Shown: piece by piece, positions 27,219 to 40,600 of the stretch | Layout: each line of letters opens with the position of its first letter | How positions within the stretch are numbered: position 1 is the stretch's first letter | Assembly: GCA_037379345.1 (NCBI GenBank) | Contig: CM074519.1 | Span: 24,888,103 to 24,952,102, forward strand | Direction of reading: 5' to 3' | Length of the DNA stretch: 64,000 nucleotides | Origin: Perna viridis | Lineage: Eukaryota | Program-made: the position numbers and the translations under genes | The notes under the pieces: model-generated | Databases searched by the model: none | The model's input: the letters and a program-made list of their open reading frames with translations, nothing else | Told to the model about the DNA's origin: nothing

Positions 27219-28629
27219 ATGAATAAAACTAATAACAGTCGGCTTAACAAAACCAAACAGGGTAGTGGAACTGCTCATGGGAATACGTACAGTGGGAAAT
27301 ATCAAGCCAATAGACGTGATGCTCTGCAGAGTGCTAAAGTTCGTAATGGTGGGTCTGGAGCCTTTAGTAACGTAAACAAAGGGAGACCTTCTTCATTCAA
27401 TGACAGTGCATTACCTGATATTCATAAAGCAACTGATGGACCTTCATATCATCAGGGTGGCACCTCTTCCCGTAGAAATTCAGGAACTGGTAGTGTAAAT
27501 AGTTTTAAGCCAAAAGTATCGCCAGAACCACCAGGAAGACAAGCGATGAGTAATGATAGCGTAAAGAGGTCTCGGACTCCAAATATTTATTCTAGTCAAC
27601 AATACGGTGAAAACAGGTTTAGAAATAATGTACAACCTCATTATGCTGAGAATGACAATCCCAGAAATGGTAGAAATAATCAAAATGATTATTCAAGGGG
27701 AAATATACCCAATGGAGATATAAATAGGACACAAATGGACCAACAACAATACAACAGTTCTAATAGGCAGTACGATTACATGAAACCATTTGTTGGAACT
27801 TATCCTGATTCCCACATACCTCAAGGACATGGTCCTTCTAGTAATAGGGCCTATCAGAACTATAATGACCAATCTCAAAGTGGACCTTATACACAAGCTG
27901 GTGATTATCATAATCAAAGAAATTCAGTTGAACAGGAAACCAGAAGCCAACAGCCTACGCATCAACAACATGAGAACCATGGAGAATATTTTGATCGCAG
28001 GGATATGCAACCACCAGTTCAGCGGTCACCACGAAAACAGCCTGATAATCAGAGAACAAATGATTTCAGTGACCCAAGGAGGGGAAACTTTAGTGAAAGG
28101 AGTGGACCTCAGAGGCCAAATGGACCAATGGGGCCTCCACCAGGTAGAAATAATTTTGATATGAGTCCACCTGGTCCTCGTAAACCCCCATTCAAGAACA
28201 ATAACTCTAACACTCAACAGCAATCAGGTCAGACTAGCAGAAGTCCTTACAAAGATAGGGATGGGAATGTGCAATATGTGCTCCGTAATCGGAAGCCCTC
28301 GAATGATGATTTTGAAAGTCGGCAGTCGAGAATGAGTCAGGGTAATAGCAATTCTCAAACAGGCCAATCAGGTGCAAGAACACAAAACTCGAATGGAACT
28401 AAACCAAATTCTAAAGGTTATGAATTTCCAGAAGTGGCAGATGTTGACGATTTTGATATAAATGATATTGGTGCTGAATATGGCGGAAATGATATTTATT
28501 TGTGCTATCTTAAAACTGACGCAGGTGATGTTATAGGACCCCTAAGACTTGATATAGAGGATGTTCAATTGGGATTACCTAGATTTAAGCAGGAAAATAT
28601 TGACAATAAGGAACAAAATGAAGACCCAG
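27219..28629 (+). CDS. Large intronic coding exon (470 codons; N/Q/S/G/R/P-rich low-complexity region plus a short acidic/hydrophobic motif); probable alternative first exon of KIF12
   Basis: 487-codon ORF in AT-rich intron with higher GC. Donor CCAG|gtaaca at 28629/28630 is phase 1, in frame with exon 8 at 33475. Unspliced, the ORF stops at 28682. Confidence 0.75.
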
Positions 28630-29804
28630 GTAACACTCTGATACCCTTAGGATATAGAATTTACAGGCATAAAGTCCTGTAGTTCTTAGCTGCATGCCCA
28701 TGACTCTTACAGTCCTTATATTTTATTTTTGGATGGTCCAAAAAAAAACAATGTAAGGACCATAAGAGTTATGTTTCTGCTGCTACTATTAGGTTAAATA
28801 AAAATCCATAAAAATTTGGGATACCTTAAGCTTGATTCAAATTACAAACAGAAAAGAAATCTGCAGTCGAATAAAGAAACTAAAGAGAACAACATTAAAT
28901 GTTAGAAAGAACATGGTTACCTATGGTTACCAGATTTTCTTATTTTTTCTGTATTTGTTGGGTATTTTTTAAAAAAAAGATTTTATTATATATTTAGGTT
29001 TTAGTTGAATCTGAGTTGCTCTTTTATTCTTTATTTTCTGTGTTTATAGCTTTAGTTAATTTGTGTTGGCTAATTTGTGTTAATTAATTTATGTTAGTTA
29101 ATTTATGTTAGTTAACTTATATTAGTTAATTTGTGTTAATTATGGTGTTATGTCTGTTTTGTTGAAAATTTAGTGTTCATCCCATGATTATAAATATCTT
29201 GTTCTTCATTCTATTTATAGTTTCCTTGATTTTACCTTTATTTTATGTCATGTCGTAGGCACTCAAGGATTTAGTCATTATAACCTAGAAGACTTTGTTT
29301 TAAGTTCAGTTTAAAAGAATGAAAGTTACATGCTCCACTAAACATTTTTGGTGTCAAAAGGAATTCAAGATATGTCACATTTTTTTTTACATTTGATATC
29401 ACATTCTTGTCTTTAAGTTTCAATAGTTTTTAGCTGTTTGATTAGTAGTACAAATTTCCAATGCTCCTTTTAAGCTTCTGAAGTAGTTGAAAAAAGGGGG
29501 GATGTCAATATCTGGTTGATTTTGTATACTGGTATTTATTTTTTTTTTCATGGGAACATGCTTGAAATCCATTTATTTCAAAAGAGCTAGACCTTGAAAA
29601 AAGTAGAGTGTTGCATGATGTTTTCAGAGTTAGCACTTAAAACCCTCTAGCATCAAATAAAAAAAAACATTAAGGTATTAAAACTAATTTTTTTATCAAT
29701 ATATTGCATTATATGCATAATAGATTCAAGACTTAAATGGAATGATACAAAAACCTTTCTGGATTTTTAAAATTGTTCTGAAAAATAATCTAATATTTGA
29801 TGTA

Positions 29805-30241
29805 CCATGAAACCTGTCTAAACCAAACCCTGAATTATCTCAAAACCTGTTTAAACCAAACCCTGAATTATCTCGAAACCTGTCTAAACCAACTCTGAAT
29901 AATCACAAAACCTGTCAAAACCAGACATTTTTAAAAAGTCCCTAGAGTATCAGTTGAAATGTATTTTGCGCATTGGTACACTGAATATCTGTCTCAAGCT
30001 GTTTACTTATGCAGATTTTCAATATTTTCTACGAACTTTGACTGCTCAATTACACTCTATGAATTGTCAATATCTCCATAGTACCTTTGTTAAAATTTCA
30101 GTAAGTTCAGTATTTCAAGGATCATTTCCATAGAATACTGTGAAAAATATGGATTGTCATCAAGTACTATAAACAGATCTACTGTCTAATCCAAACTAAT
30201 TTTAAAGTCCAAAAAGGGTTTGTTCCAGACAGTTTTTACTG
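29805..30241. mobile_element. Degenerate copy of the same pogo-like MITE with a triplicated 34-bp subterminal unit
   Basis: aaacctgtctaaaccaaaccctgaattatctc tandem x3 at about 29810-29925. Right end ccagacagtttttactg|ta. Confidence 0.5.
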
Positions 30242-33001
30242 TATAAAAACATGATACTGAGGCTAAAACAATAAGCTCTCTTAAATGGCTTTACAAATAA
30301 ATCCTTGAGATTCAAGTCTTTTTAAAGATTAAAGTGAAGAAACTTTGTTTCAAGTGAAAACATAAAAAATGAGACTTTGTCACGAAAGTTTTCATTTATA
30401 TCAAAAAGATATTGATTCAGTTGAAATGAAATACAACTTCTACATGATGTTAATGATCATTTAATCAATAAACATTAAAAGTTATATATTTTATTGCACA
30501 TTTGAAAAGACCTAACAATTATGTCTATTTGCTAACCTGTGCTTGAGAGATCTATAATGGGGAATTATTGGAAAATTTATTATTAAGGTTTATGGGTGGA
30601 TGACAAACAAAAATGCTATTAATCAATGGTAATAATTATTTCATATTATGGAATTTGTTCACTTGCATGGATAATGCAGGTGTCGTGCATGTTAAATGTA
30701 GCCTGAACTATAGAAACATCAGATAATTCCGAAATTATTTATTCATGCACAACTAAAAAATTTGGAAACATTAAAACTTATTATTTGGTAAGGAAAACAA
30801 ACACCAAAGTTTCTGTTAACATGCTCTAAAAACTAGGGTTGGTAGTTAGGAAAAACATTTTTGCTCTAAAAATTAGGGTTGGTAGTTAGGCAAAACATTT
30901 TTGCTCTTTGCTCTAAAAAACTAGATTGGTAGTTAAGCAAAACATTTTATTTTTTAAAAGTTTTTGACTGTTTTGTTTTGTAGACACATTCAGACTTAAT
31001 TGGACTTGTCAAAAAATGGCTGAAACAACATTAGGATTGGCAAAACAATTAGAGTTGGTGGGGTTAGTTGAGACACTGGTATTTTTAGGCCTTTATCCAT
31101 TTACAGCTGAATAATTAATGTTTGCATGTTCTAGCCCTTAAGACATTGAATCACTCTTAAAGCGCTGTGTAGGCATCAGTACAGTCCTAATTTTGCTCAT
31201 ATTGACCACAGTTCCAAGTAAGCTCATACTAACATTAAAATTGCAGCAACTACAAAAAATATGATTGAAATCTTCTGGAAAAACTCATTTTAGTTGAATC
31301 TTCTATTGTGCACTTTATATCCTAATAAAGGGAGCAATTCATGTTTTCTCATTTGTTGCCTAACCCTCATAAACTGTTGTCTGCCGTTGAAGATTTACCG
31401 TGGTTTCATAGAGTTGAAATTTTCATGTCATAACAATTTAAAAATTAAATCTTTAGTGTTCCCTTGAGCTACTTGGAAACAGCAGGGTACTCCAGGTTTT
31501 TTTCCCAGGCCACTCTGGCAAGTTTGATGGCACATCATGTAAGCACTAACATCTATGTTAAAAAAAATTGACAGAGCACTTATAAAACCTCCTCTAAACC
31601 ATCAGTAGGGAACAGTAATGATGCCAAAAGGTCAATTAGGTCATTCATGGCAAAATTTGATTCGTACATTGTGAAATTAGTTGTAAAAGAACAACTCCTA
31701 GTTTCCAAATTAATAGTAGAAACTCAGAAACCTTGGATGTATACAAACATCTGTATGGGTTGTTGCTATATCCTTAATGTCTTTACAAAGTAACATATGA
31801 AAAATAACACATTAGAATTTAAAAGGAACAATTTCAAACTTTGTCATGGCTCATCAGAGCAGGAATATTTGTTTGACAAAATCTTTATGGGTTTAGTAAT
31901 ATTGAATTTAACAGCCAATTTATAATGTAGAGTAAATAAACCTTAAGAAGAGTTACATTTAAAAGAGATTGTGAGACTCATTGATCTAAGGTTTTGTCTA
32001 TTGACGAGGTTAAGCCCAATTGATCAGATCTTTGTTAATAAAACATTTTACATATCTTCATAAAACGATCAAGTGCAGAAATCTTGGGCATAGTTTTGAC
32101 AAGCGTTTTTTTGTTGTCGTTTTTTTTTTTTTTTTTAATTATTGTAGTTTGAAATATTTCGGTACAGATTGTTTTATGTTATTGAATTGCACTGGTGATA
32201 TAATTTGCTCTTTTGTGCACATTTGAAAATGGTTTTTAATTGTTATTACCATAAATAGAATCTTAACTATGAAGTGTTATTATAAATTACAAAGAAGGTA
32301 AATGAAAAAAAGTTTAAAGAATGAAAGTGAGACCATAGCTCACAAATGAAAATATAAGAATAAGGTAGATAAAATATTAGACATGAAGTGTATGAGATCA
32401 ACAACTTTATTACTTATTTGTAAGCTTTTATATACGTTTTCCACGGAACTTATGAAAATTACCTGCTATATTGTACTCAAACATGAGTTTAATATTTACA
32501 TTTGGTAAATAGGACTGTACTTTACACCTATACTTTTTCATGATTTAGGATGTTTGTCTAAGTTTGAAGCTATTTTATTTTTGCTCCTAATATTCTCTCA
32601 AACAATATTTTTATCATTACGAAATTTATTATTGCTAATTACTGTCATACTGTTTATACTGTTTAAATCAGCCATAATGAATTACTTACAAAAATAAGTT
32701 GTTAACAGTATACTGTGTTCACATATCTTTTTTACTGTGTTTTGAAATATTCAGAACATTTTGGTTCTGATTACCTTCTTTTATTTACTATTTTGACCAA
32801 TAGTACTGTAGTCCTTTTTCACAAAAAGTTGTAATAATTACAGCTCATACAGGGGTAATGTTCAGAGGATAAAGTAGCCTTCCACTGATGAGATCACAAA
32901 GAAGTAACTGCCTTAAGTATTTAACTTGACAATTGAGAAGGACATTTTAATTTCTATTAGGCAATTCAGTAGATTTTCAATAGTGCAGTCAACTAATTTA
33001 A

Positions 33002-33213
33002 GGAGGTAGACCTAGGGTAAGGGACATAACTCTTGAAATCAGTGATATGTTTGTATCATATTCAATTTCACCAAAGCCTATCAAGCTTTCATATGAAACA
33101 GAATAAAATCAGTTCAAGTTACTTCGATGCTTACATGAGATTGATGTAAAGTGCTGATTACAAACAATCCAATGACTTGTAAGAGTTGTGTCTCTTACCC
33201 TAAGTCTACCTCC
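33002..33213 (+). mobile_element. Same TTAA MITE, copy 2
   Basis: Colinear with 20586-20799, with TIRs and TTAA flanks. Confidence 0.85.
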
Positions 33214-33474
33214 TTAAGAAATCTGTTAGGTGGTTATCATTTAATCGTGGGAAGAGCAACTCTATCCCCTGAACATTATCATTGTTTGTGCTGTATATTA
33301 GTCATAAGAAATGGCATCAAAAATGAAAATAGCATGGTGTTGTTTTTACTTACAGCTGTCTGTGAAATAGGCCATTGATTACCTCTTCTATTGTAGAAAT
33401 AATCTCTTTGTGTCTTTTCCCACCAGATTTGTACTTTTTAAATTTGAAACATTGCTATTATTCATATTTTACAG

Positions 33475-33633
33475 GAATGAGAAATCGACAATCAGGATCA
33501 CATGGTCTTAATGAATTTTCTAGTCGAAGTCACAGTATGCTCACACTGACAGTTGATACTGAACAAGTTGACCCTGAGGATGAAAATTTGTACCTCACTA
33601 AAAGGGGAAAACTTACTTTTGTTGATTTAGCAG
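33475..33633 (+). CDS. KIF12: KIF12 exon 8 (switch I NEFSSRSH ... GKLTFVDLAG)
   Basis: ttacag| ... CAG|gtaagg, phase 1/1. N..SSRSH and DLAG motifs. Confidence 0.96.
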
Positions 33634-34127
33634 GTAAGGTTTTAAGTACCATTCTGTGTAAGAATCAGGCAATGGATGGCACATCATATTTTTCAATTTG
33701 CCTTTTTTGCCTCAAATATATTCAGTACATCTAGAAGACAACTGAAAAGCTATTTAAATTTATCCTGAAGCATCTATGAAGTGGATATTTTTTTACTGCT
33801 TATATAAGGAAAAAGTGCGGGAAAATTTTCCTGCCATTTTTCCATAGTGCATTTCAACTAAATTTGACCTATCAATATCTTAAAAAGGCAAATTTTACAA
33901 ACACTTTGATGGTTATTTCTGGAGGTTACTTGGTATAAATACTTGGTTAATGCAATAAGATCTCTGTGTTTTTTTCCTTCATGTGCCACACCTTATACAC
34001 ATTTTGCCTGATTTTTAGATGGAGAAGTACATAATCCCTATACTAAATAGACAAAATTTTCTAAGTTCTTTAGCATGTACTTGTATAAGATTTCTGGATA
34101 CACAACATCCCTGTTCAGTCATTTGTA

Positions 34128-34302
34128 ATTTCCTTACTATTGTTGAAGTTGAATGGCTTATGATGTTTACAAATACATATGGTCACCATTTTCATATTTA
34201 GCAAGATCAAAACCCTTTTTCCTTACTATTGTCGAAGTTGGATAGCTTATGAGCTTTACAAATACATATGGTCACCATTTTTACTATTAGGAAGATCAAA
34301 AT
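34128..34302. repeat. About 89-bp tandem duplication in intron
   Basis: tttccttactattgt.gaagttg.at.gcttatga..tttacaaatacatatggtcaccatttt...aagatcaaaa occurs twice. Confidence 0.8.
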
Positions 34303-34576
34303 GCTTTGTGCTGCAGTCCACAATTTCTTCTTTCTTTTTTGAATGATCAGAGTAGCTTTAGTTTCATCATATTTATACAGAATAGAGGTCAAAAACATGA
34401 ATCTTTTTGGTAACTTCAAAATGGAGAATACATTATGTTACTTTAAAAGGAATTCACTCCAAACCAAAATACAAGCATGATTACTGTACACAGAAGGAAA
34501 AATCACAGTCTCTGCAAGCCTAAAAATACAAGTGTTTGAATAGCTATAGAAATGGATTGAAACAATTTTTTTCCAG

Positions 34577-34660
34577 GAAGTGAAAAAGTTAAAGACTCTG
34601 GGTCCAGTGCTGAGATGCTGATAGAATCTAACAATATAAATAGAAGTCTATTAGTTTTAG
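34577..34660 (+). CDS. KIF12: KIF12 exon 9 (GSEKVKDSGSSAEMLIESNNINRSLLVLG)
   Basis: ttccag| ... TAG|gtaagg. Completes switch II DLAGSE and IN.SL. Confidence 0.95.
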
Positions 34661-37600
34661 GTAAGGCTTACCATTATCTTAGAAAAATCAATGATGTGAT
34701 ATTTAGCTCCAGGCTCAGCCTAATCCACTTTTTTGAAGGAGGGCATACTAGTAAATTCAATAAAAAAGCACATAATTTGCAATTTTCCATCTTCTTAAAT
34801 GAGTTTGTTTTTACAAAAATACCCTATTAGTCTTTCGTGCCCTTTACATAAAAATAAGTTTTTAAAAAGTATTGAATTATCTCTCCTTAACCTTCTATGT
34901 ATTACACATGCCAGTTGATACAATACTTAATTAATATCCTTATTGAAAGTTTTCTTGACCTTTGAAGTAACATAAAAATGATAAATTAAAGACCATATGA
35001 TCCATTTTTCTCTAAGGGACCTTTTTACTATAGTTCAATGTAAAATAAAAGCCCTACTTTCAAATTGATATCAATAGGTCAAGAAATTATGCTACTGCTT
35101 ATAATACTCATTATATTTAATTTAGGTTAGGCTTAATATGTAGAACATATTGAATGGTTTCATTAAATGTCAAACATACATTCTTTTAAATTTGATCAAA
35201 ATAATTCCATAAACAAATCTAAGACTGTATTCAAGATCTCCATCATTTCAGTACTCAGATGTATCGAGGAAGGATTTTGGAATTCAGATTCATATTTGTT
35301 CTGAAATCTGTTCTTTTAAATCACATGTAAATAGGTAATAATGTTAAACTTCACTTCCTGTTATACATGAACTAAAGACTTTTCATTTTGTACTTTTTAA
35401 ATTATCTCCCTTTGCCCATTTAAATATTTTTTTTTTCAAATTTGACACCTGTAATCGACATCATATTCCTAGGCTTACTTTCATGTTTATTGTTGGAGGT
35501 TAAAAAGACTTGACTAACGGCTTAGTATGATCACCTCAGTTTTATGTGTCAAATCATTTAAATTTACAGATTAAAAGCTGATGTCAATAAATCAAATAGA
35601 AATCTATTTTATGCCTAAGTATGATATAATTATCGTATTACTATCCGCTTTTGATGTCTCACTTTACCTTTGCCGATACCTGGGGATTGTATAAATACAT
35701 GAGTGCGTATCCTTACCAATTGTATCCTAACCAAAACTTTAATGTTTACCCTTTAGTGTAAAAGGTTGTTGAAACATTTTTATCAGCCCCTCTCATTTAC
35801 ACTCTTTTCACATTCCATTTCAGTCAAGAGAAGTCATTTGTCATTTAAATACATTAAAATATTGTAACTAAATGTAACTCCGTTATGATAAGAAAATCCG
35901 ATAGCTAGCCATTTTGTTTAATGTGCAGCCGGCTTATTTTCATGGAGGAAATTGATATTTTTGAATGGGATTGATGGAACAGGATTCTCTATAATAGATA
36001 TTTTGGATTTTAATTTGCTTTTTACACCTGGACAAAACATTAACGACAAGATGTGTTTTGAACTTTAACAAAGTAATCTTAAGGTAAGATTAGAGCTTAA
36101 TTCTCAGTTGGACCTAAGTTAATCAAATTGATTTTATTGTTTACATTTTTTCTTGGTATGATAAAGGAATATTAAATGAATTTCGTCAAATTACCGTTGT
36201 CCTTTAATTTTGTGTATTTGGGGATTTTAATTTTATGTTTGAGCATGCCTTGACCAGCTTATTTATATGTGTACACATTCCCTCTGTACATTGTTAACAT
36301 CAATTTGAACTATTTCTTTAGCATGAAAATAGGTACATTTTATAAAATTTTTCCTTTGATTTTTCTCTTTTGCTTGTACTCTACTCAAAGTGTCTTCAAA
36401 GATTTTGATATATCAGTCAGTCTTTCTGTCTGTCTTTCTGTCCGTCATAAGCTTTAGCATGCATGATTTGATCTACAAAAATTGAACCTTAATGTTAAAA
36501 TTGTGTTAATATACATAAAGGAAAGCTTTTTATTTGCAGAAAAAAAAATTAAGATACTTTAAAGTTCCAAAAATCTGTTGTGTATTCTTGAAAGTCCAAA
36601 AGCAAACCACTAAGTGCAATAATAATTTGTGATAGTACTGTAAGTTGTCATGCAAATACTTAAGTCTGAAATGTGCTTTTATTTTGTTTAAAATCAAATT
36701 TTTTATATGTAATGTAATCTGTCTAAACAAACCCTGAACTAACCTAACCAGAAACTTGTCTTAACCAAATTCAGTCTCTTTATATCATTTGGAATGTATC
36801 TTGGTAAGCTTAACATCAGTCAACAATAAACAATTGTACAGTCCAAAAACGGTCCCGAGAGGTTATACTGTATGTTTTTTGTGTAATCAAAGTAATTTAA
36901 TTAGAATATAGGTGGTTATTATAGGTTATATAGCTGAAAAAGGGACCATTTATTTCATGCTTATATATGTATAACTTGGGTTCAAGCCAAATAGCAACGA
37001 CTTGTGAAATTTGAAAGTAGAAAAGGTCTATTCACTTCACATTTTGTCCTATGCTTGCCAAATGAAACTTTAAGATTTGCCAAAAAATGAGAGAAAATTT
37101 AGTTGGGTCTCTCTGAATCATGAAAGTTTATGGTCTATACTGATATTAGGGTTGGAAGGGTTGTGATTTAGCTAAAGAATAAAACCAATTATTATTTTAG
37201 TGTGTTTCTTTACATTTTTACATTAGTCCTGTACTCCACATCAAAACTATAGATATAGTCTTTTAAAAGTGATTTTATTTTTATATTGAATATGGAGAGA
37301 ACACCTGTGAAATGGAATTTCCGGTCAACATGTGGAGTAAATTTTTGGTTGAAACTTAAAATCTATATGATATTGATACTTTATAACTTTCCATTAAAGA
37401 ACAAAAAGCCGTTTTTAAGAGGAAAACCCTAATGCATTTTTATGTATCAGTGTTTTATCAGTATTTGTTATAACAATATACATAAACTAAAAGCCACTTT
37501 TAAAGTCTTTTTGGCCCCCATGATGTGTCGCGAAGGGACATGGACATCTGTTTGTCTGTCCGTCTGTCCATCCACATTTTCCACACTTTTTTTTTGTAAT

Positions 37601-40600
37601 GCTTTGACCGAATAAGTTTGTTTTTCGGTATAAAACCTCATTATGAAGAGTTACAGATTAAGTTCGACTTTGGTTATGGTTGAATGTCTTTTTTAAATTG
37701 CCTTTTCTAGCCATTTACTTCTATATTTCAATTGCATATCCTTGTTTGAATAATATTCTTTTATCCAAAGGCCAGACTGTGCATGTACATGTAATATCTA
37801 AACTTTTCATAGTTTGTTTACAAGTTGTTTAAAGTGGCTGCTTTTATTTGGTAATTCTGTGAAGTTGTAAGTACTTGGTACAGTATTTATTATTATATCG
37901 ATGAAGTCTTAAATATTTTAGGCTAACAGCTGTCTTAATTGATTTGATGTAAGATCCATTTGTACAATTTCTTAAAGATAAAACTACTTTAAGCATTTAT
38001 TTGTATAATTCATTCCAAAAGTATGTATTAAAAAATTGGAATTTCCATTATTTGTATCCAGTAAGGTTTTGCCTATGTACCTGCCTTGAGATTTTTTATT
38101 GTAAAGTATGATAGGTATCCCAAATGCATTCAGGGGAGAAAATGTCAAATATGGCAAATACTCATCCAATATATGTATAGGCCTGGCTTTGTCTAGTCCA
38201 ATAATGGAAACCTACATTGAAGTGGTAAATAAAAGTAGAATTGCACGAGGTTTTCCATTTTGAAGATATTATTTGCGCCTCAGTCCAATTTAGTAAACCT
38301 TACACAATAAGGCTATATTTTTTTTTGTTTTGGAGTGTCTGGTTTATTTTGTAGGTAATGAGTGATATTTTTTTTCATTTTTTTTTGTCATTTTAATGCC
38401 GATGGCTTTGTTTTGTGCTTTGAACTCTTCTTTTTTTTACATAAAGTCAATAATTCTAGCTAGCATTAAAAATGAATTAGGACAGACACTCAATGGCATG
38501 CCCTAACTGACCACTATCCCTGTTATGTCCCACTTACTGTTCAAAAATTTAACTGTTCCCTTGACATTTCTTCAATTATTTGAATAGACCCTTTCCATTG
38601 GTAAATCATTAGGCTTAAATATTGCCTTTCCAACTGTGTATTTACGTCAGTCCAAGTCTGGAGATTCTCTCTGATAATCACCAGTAAATCTCTTGCTTAA
38701 AAAAAAAAATCCACCCAAGTTAGCATTTAAGGCCATTCAAAGTTAATTTTGTGATTCTCAGGCTGAGGAAACATTTTGTTGTTTAACTTTTTTAGTGCAC
38801 AAAAGGGGTGATCAGTGTTATATCTGTCACAGCTCATACAAATATGAAGGTGCTTTTTCTGTTTCTAGTTTATTTTTAATGCAATGAAAATATATAATGA
38901 GGTATCATTTACAGAGATGTAAGACAGTATGAAAATATGGCCTTAGAAACAAGAAATAAATTTTAGTTGGCCTATTTCACTTGATTTTGTTGTGTAGAAA
39001 CTTATTCTTGTTTAATCCTGAGAGATCAGTCAAGTGTTTGACGATATTTATAGTTGGATTTTCAAATGCTTACCAAGGAGATCTTACCGGAATTAGTAAA
39101 GATGCACTGTTGAGTTCAGTGAAACTTGGCATGTACTTTTAAAGTACTCATGATCATTGGCACATGTTCATCTTTCCTGTTAAAATGTTTTTGTTTTTTA
39201 TATTATTTAGGCTAAAGGTTATTGGAAATATATGGCTAATATTTAAGCTGTTTTAAATATGAAAATACCAGTTTTCATGAAAAATTTATGCGTTTTTGCT
39301 TTTTTTTGCAATGTAGTTGTCCAAATTTTAGTAAGGTCACATGGTATAAAGTTGGTTTAGGAATAAATCTATAAGTATATAGACTTTGATAATTAGATTT
39401 AATCCTATTGGTATACAACAGAAGGATTTACCTCAGCTGAAGAAGTCCTTATGAACCACAAGACAAACATATGTCATGTTTGATTGTTTAATATTAAACA
39501 AAGTAGATCTATTTATACTAATAAGTCAAAGGTCAATATTGAATTAGGTTAAGTCTATGTGTGAAGGATTGTCAAATTTGCCAATGATTTTATGCTTTTA
39601 CTGTTTAGGAACGTACAAAAAAAAGGGTCAAGATTTTAGGTGAAATTTTCTACTACTGACCTGTGTCCTTTATTTTAACCATTTTACCAAATTGGAACTT
39701 CCAGGAACATGATTTATGTCACAGAATGACTTCATTTTCTGCTAAAGTTTATAATGTCAAGTTCAAGAATGGTTGGGACCTGTATTTGTACAGACAGCAC
39801 CTTGGTTCGACTTGTCAAATATCATTTTTTCTTTGGTGAAGCTTTATCCACTGTGCCACCTTTGAAAGTTTAAAATCACAGATTGCCTTAAAAAATTAAA
39901 GAATGTAGAAATATGTAGCATAGGTATTGCCTGCTTATCCATATTTAATCCTCTTTAACTCATGGTAATTCTGTTGTTGCCTGCAAATAAACTTAGTTTT
40001 GGGCATTGAAAAGTCACAAAAACATTAGGTTGGCTAGGATGGGGAATTCATAAAATAAAAATTATTATTCTAATATAAATCCCTGTATACAATGCAGTGA
40101 CATGTGGATTAAGTATAAAATTTCTATCATTATAATGACTTACATCTTGCACCTGTATCAAGCTGTCCTGCATTTTGTTTGTCCATTTTTTTATTGCCTA
40201 TAAATTTTGGGTTAAATCTGGTTTTATGATCTATTTTCAAAAATCATATAAGTGTCATTGGAATAACTTGTACAGAGTAAACAGATCATGTTTCATTGAG
40301 GATAAACGTGAACGAGAAAGAAATCATACAATACTTCACTTCATTTTGCATACAATTCACATCATGCTATACATTAGATTACACTGTAGTAAGAATTAAC
40401 AGGTGTGTATTTCTATATTTTGTGGGAAACTCTACTTCAGTGTAAGATTGTTAATTCAAGGAAGATATATTATTCATTCATGGTGTACAATGTAAGTTTT
40501 ATTCTGTATAGGAGTTCTAGTTGGTACTAGATTCAGGGGTGGATCCAGGATTTGAGTTTAGGGGGGTGCGTAAATAGAATTAAATGCCATGCAAGGCAAG

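Noticed and set aside
27480-28223. Overlapping antisense and alternate-frame ORFs within the large intronic exon
   Set aside because: Short shadow ORFs expected from the codon bias of the real 487-codon frame.
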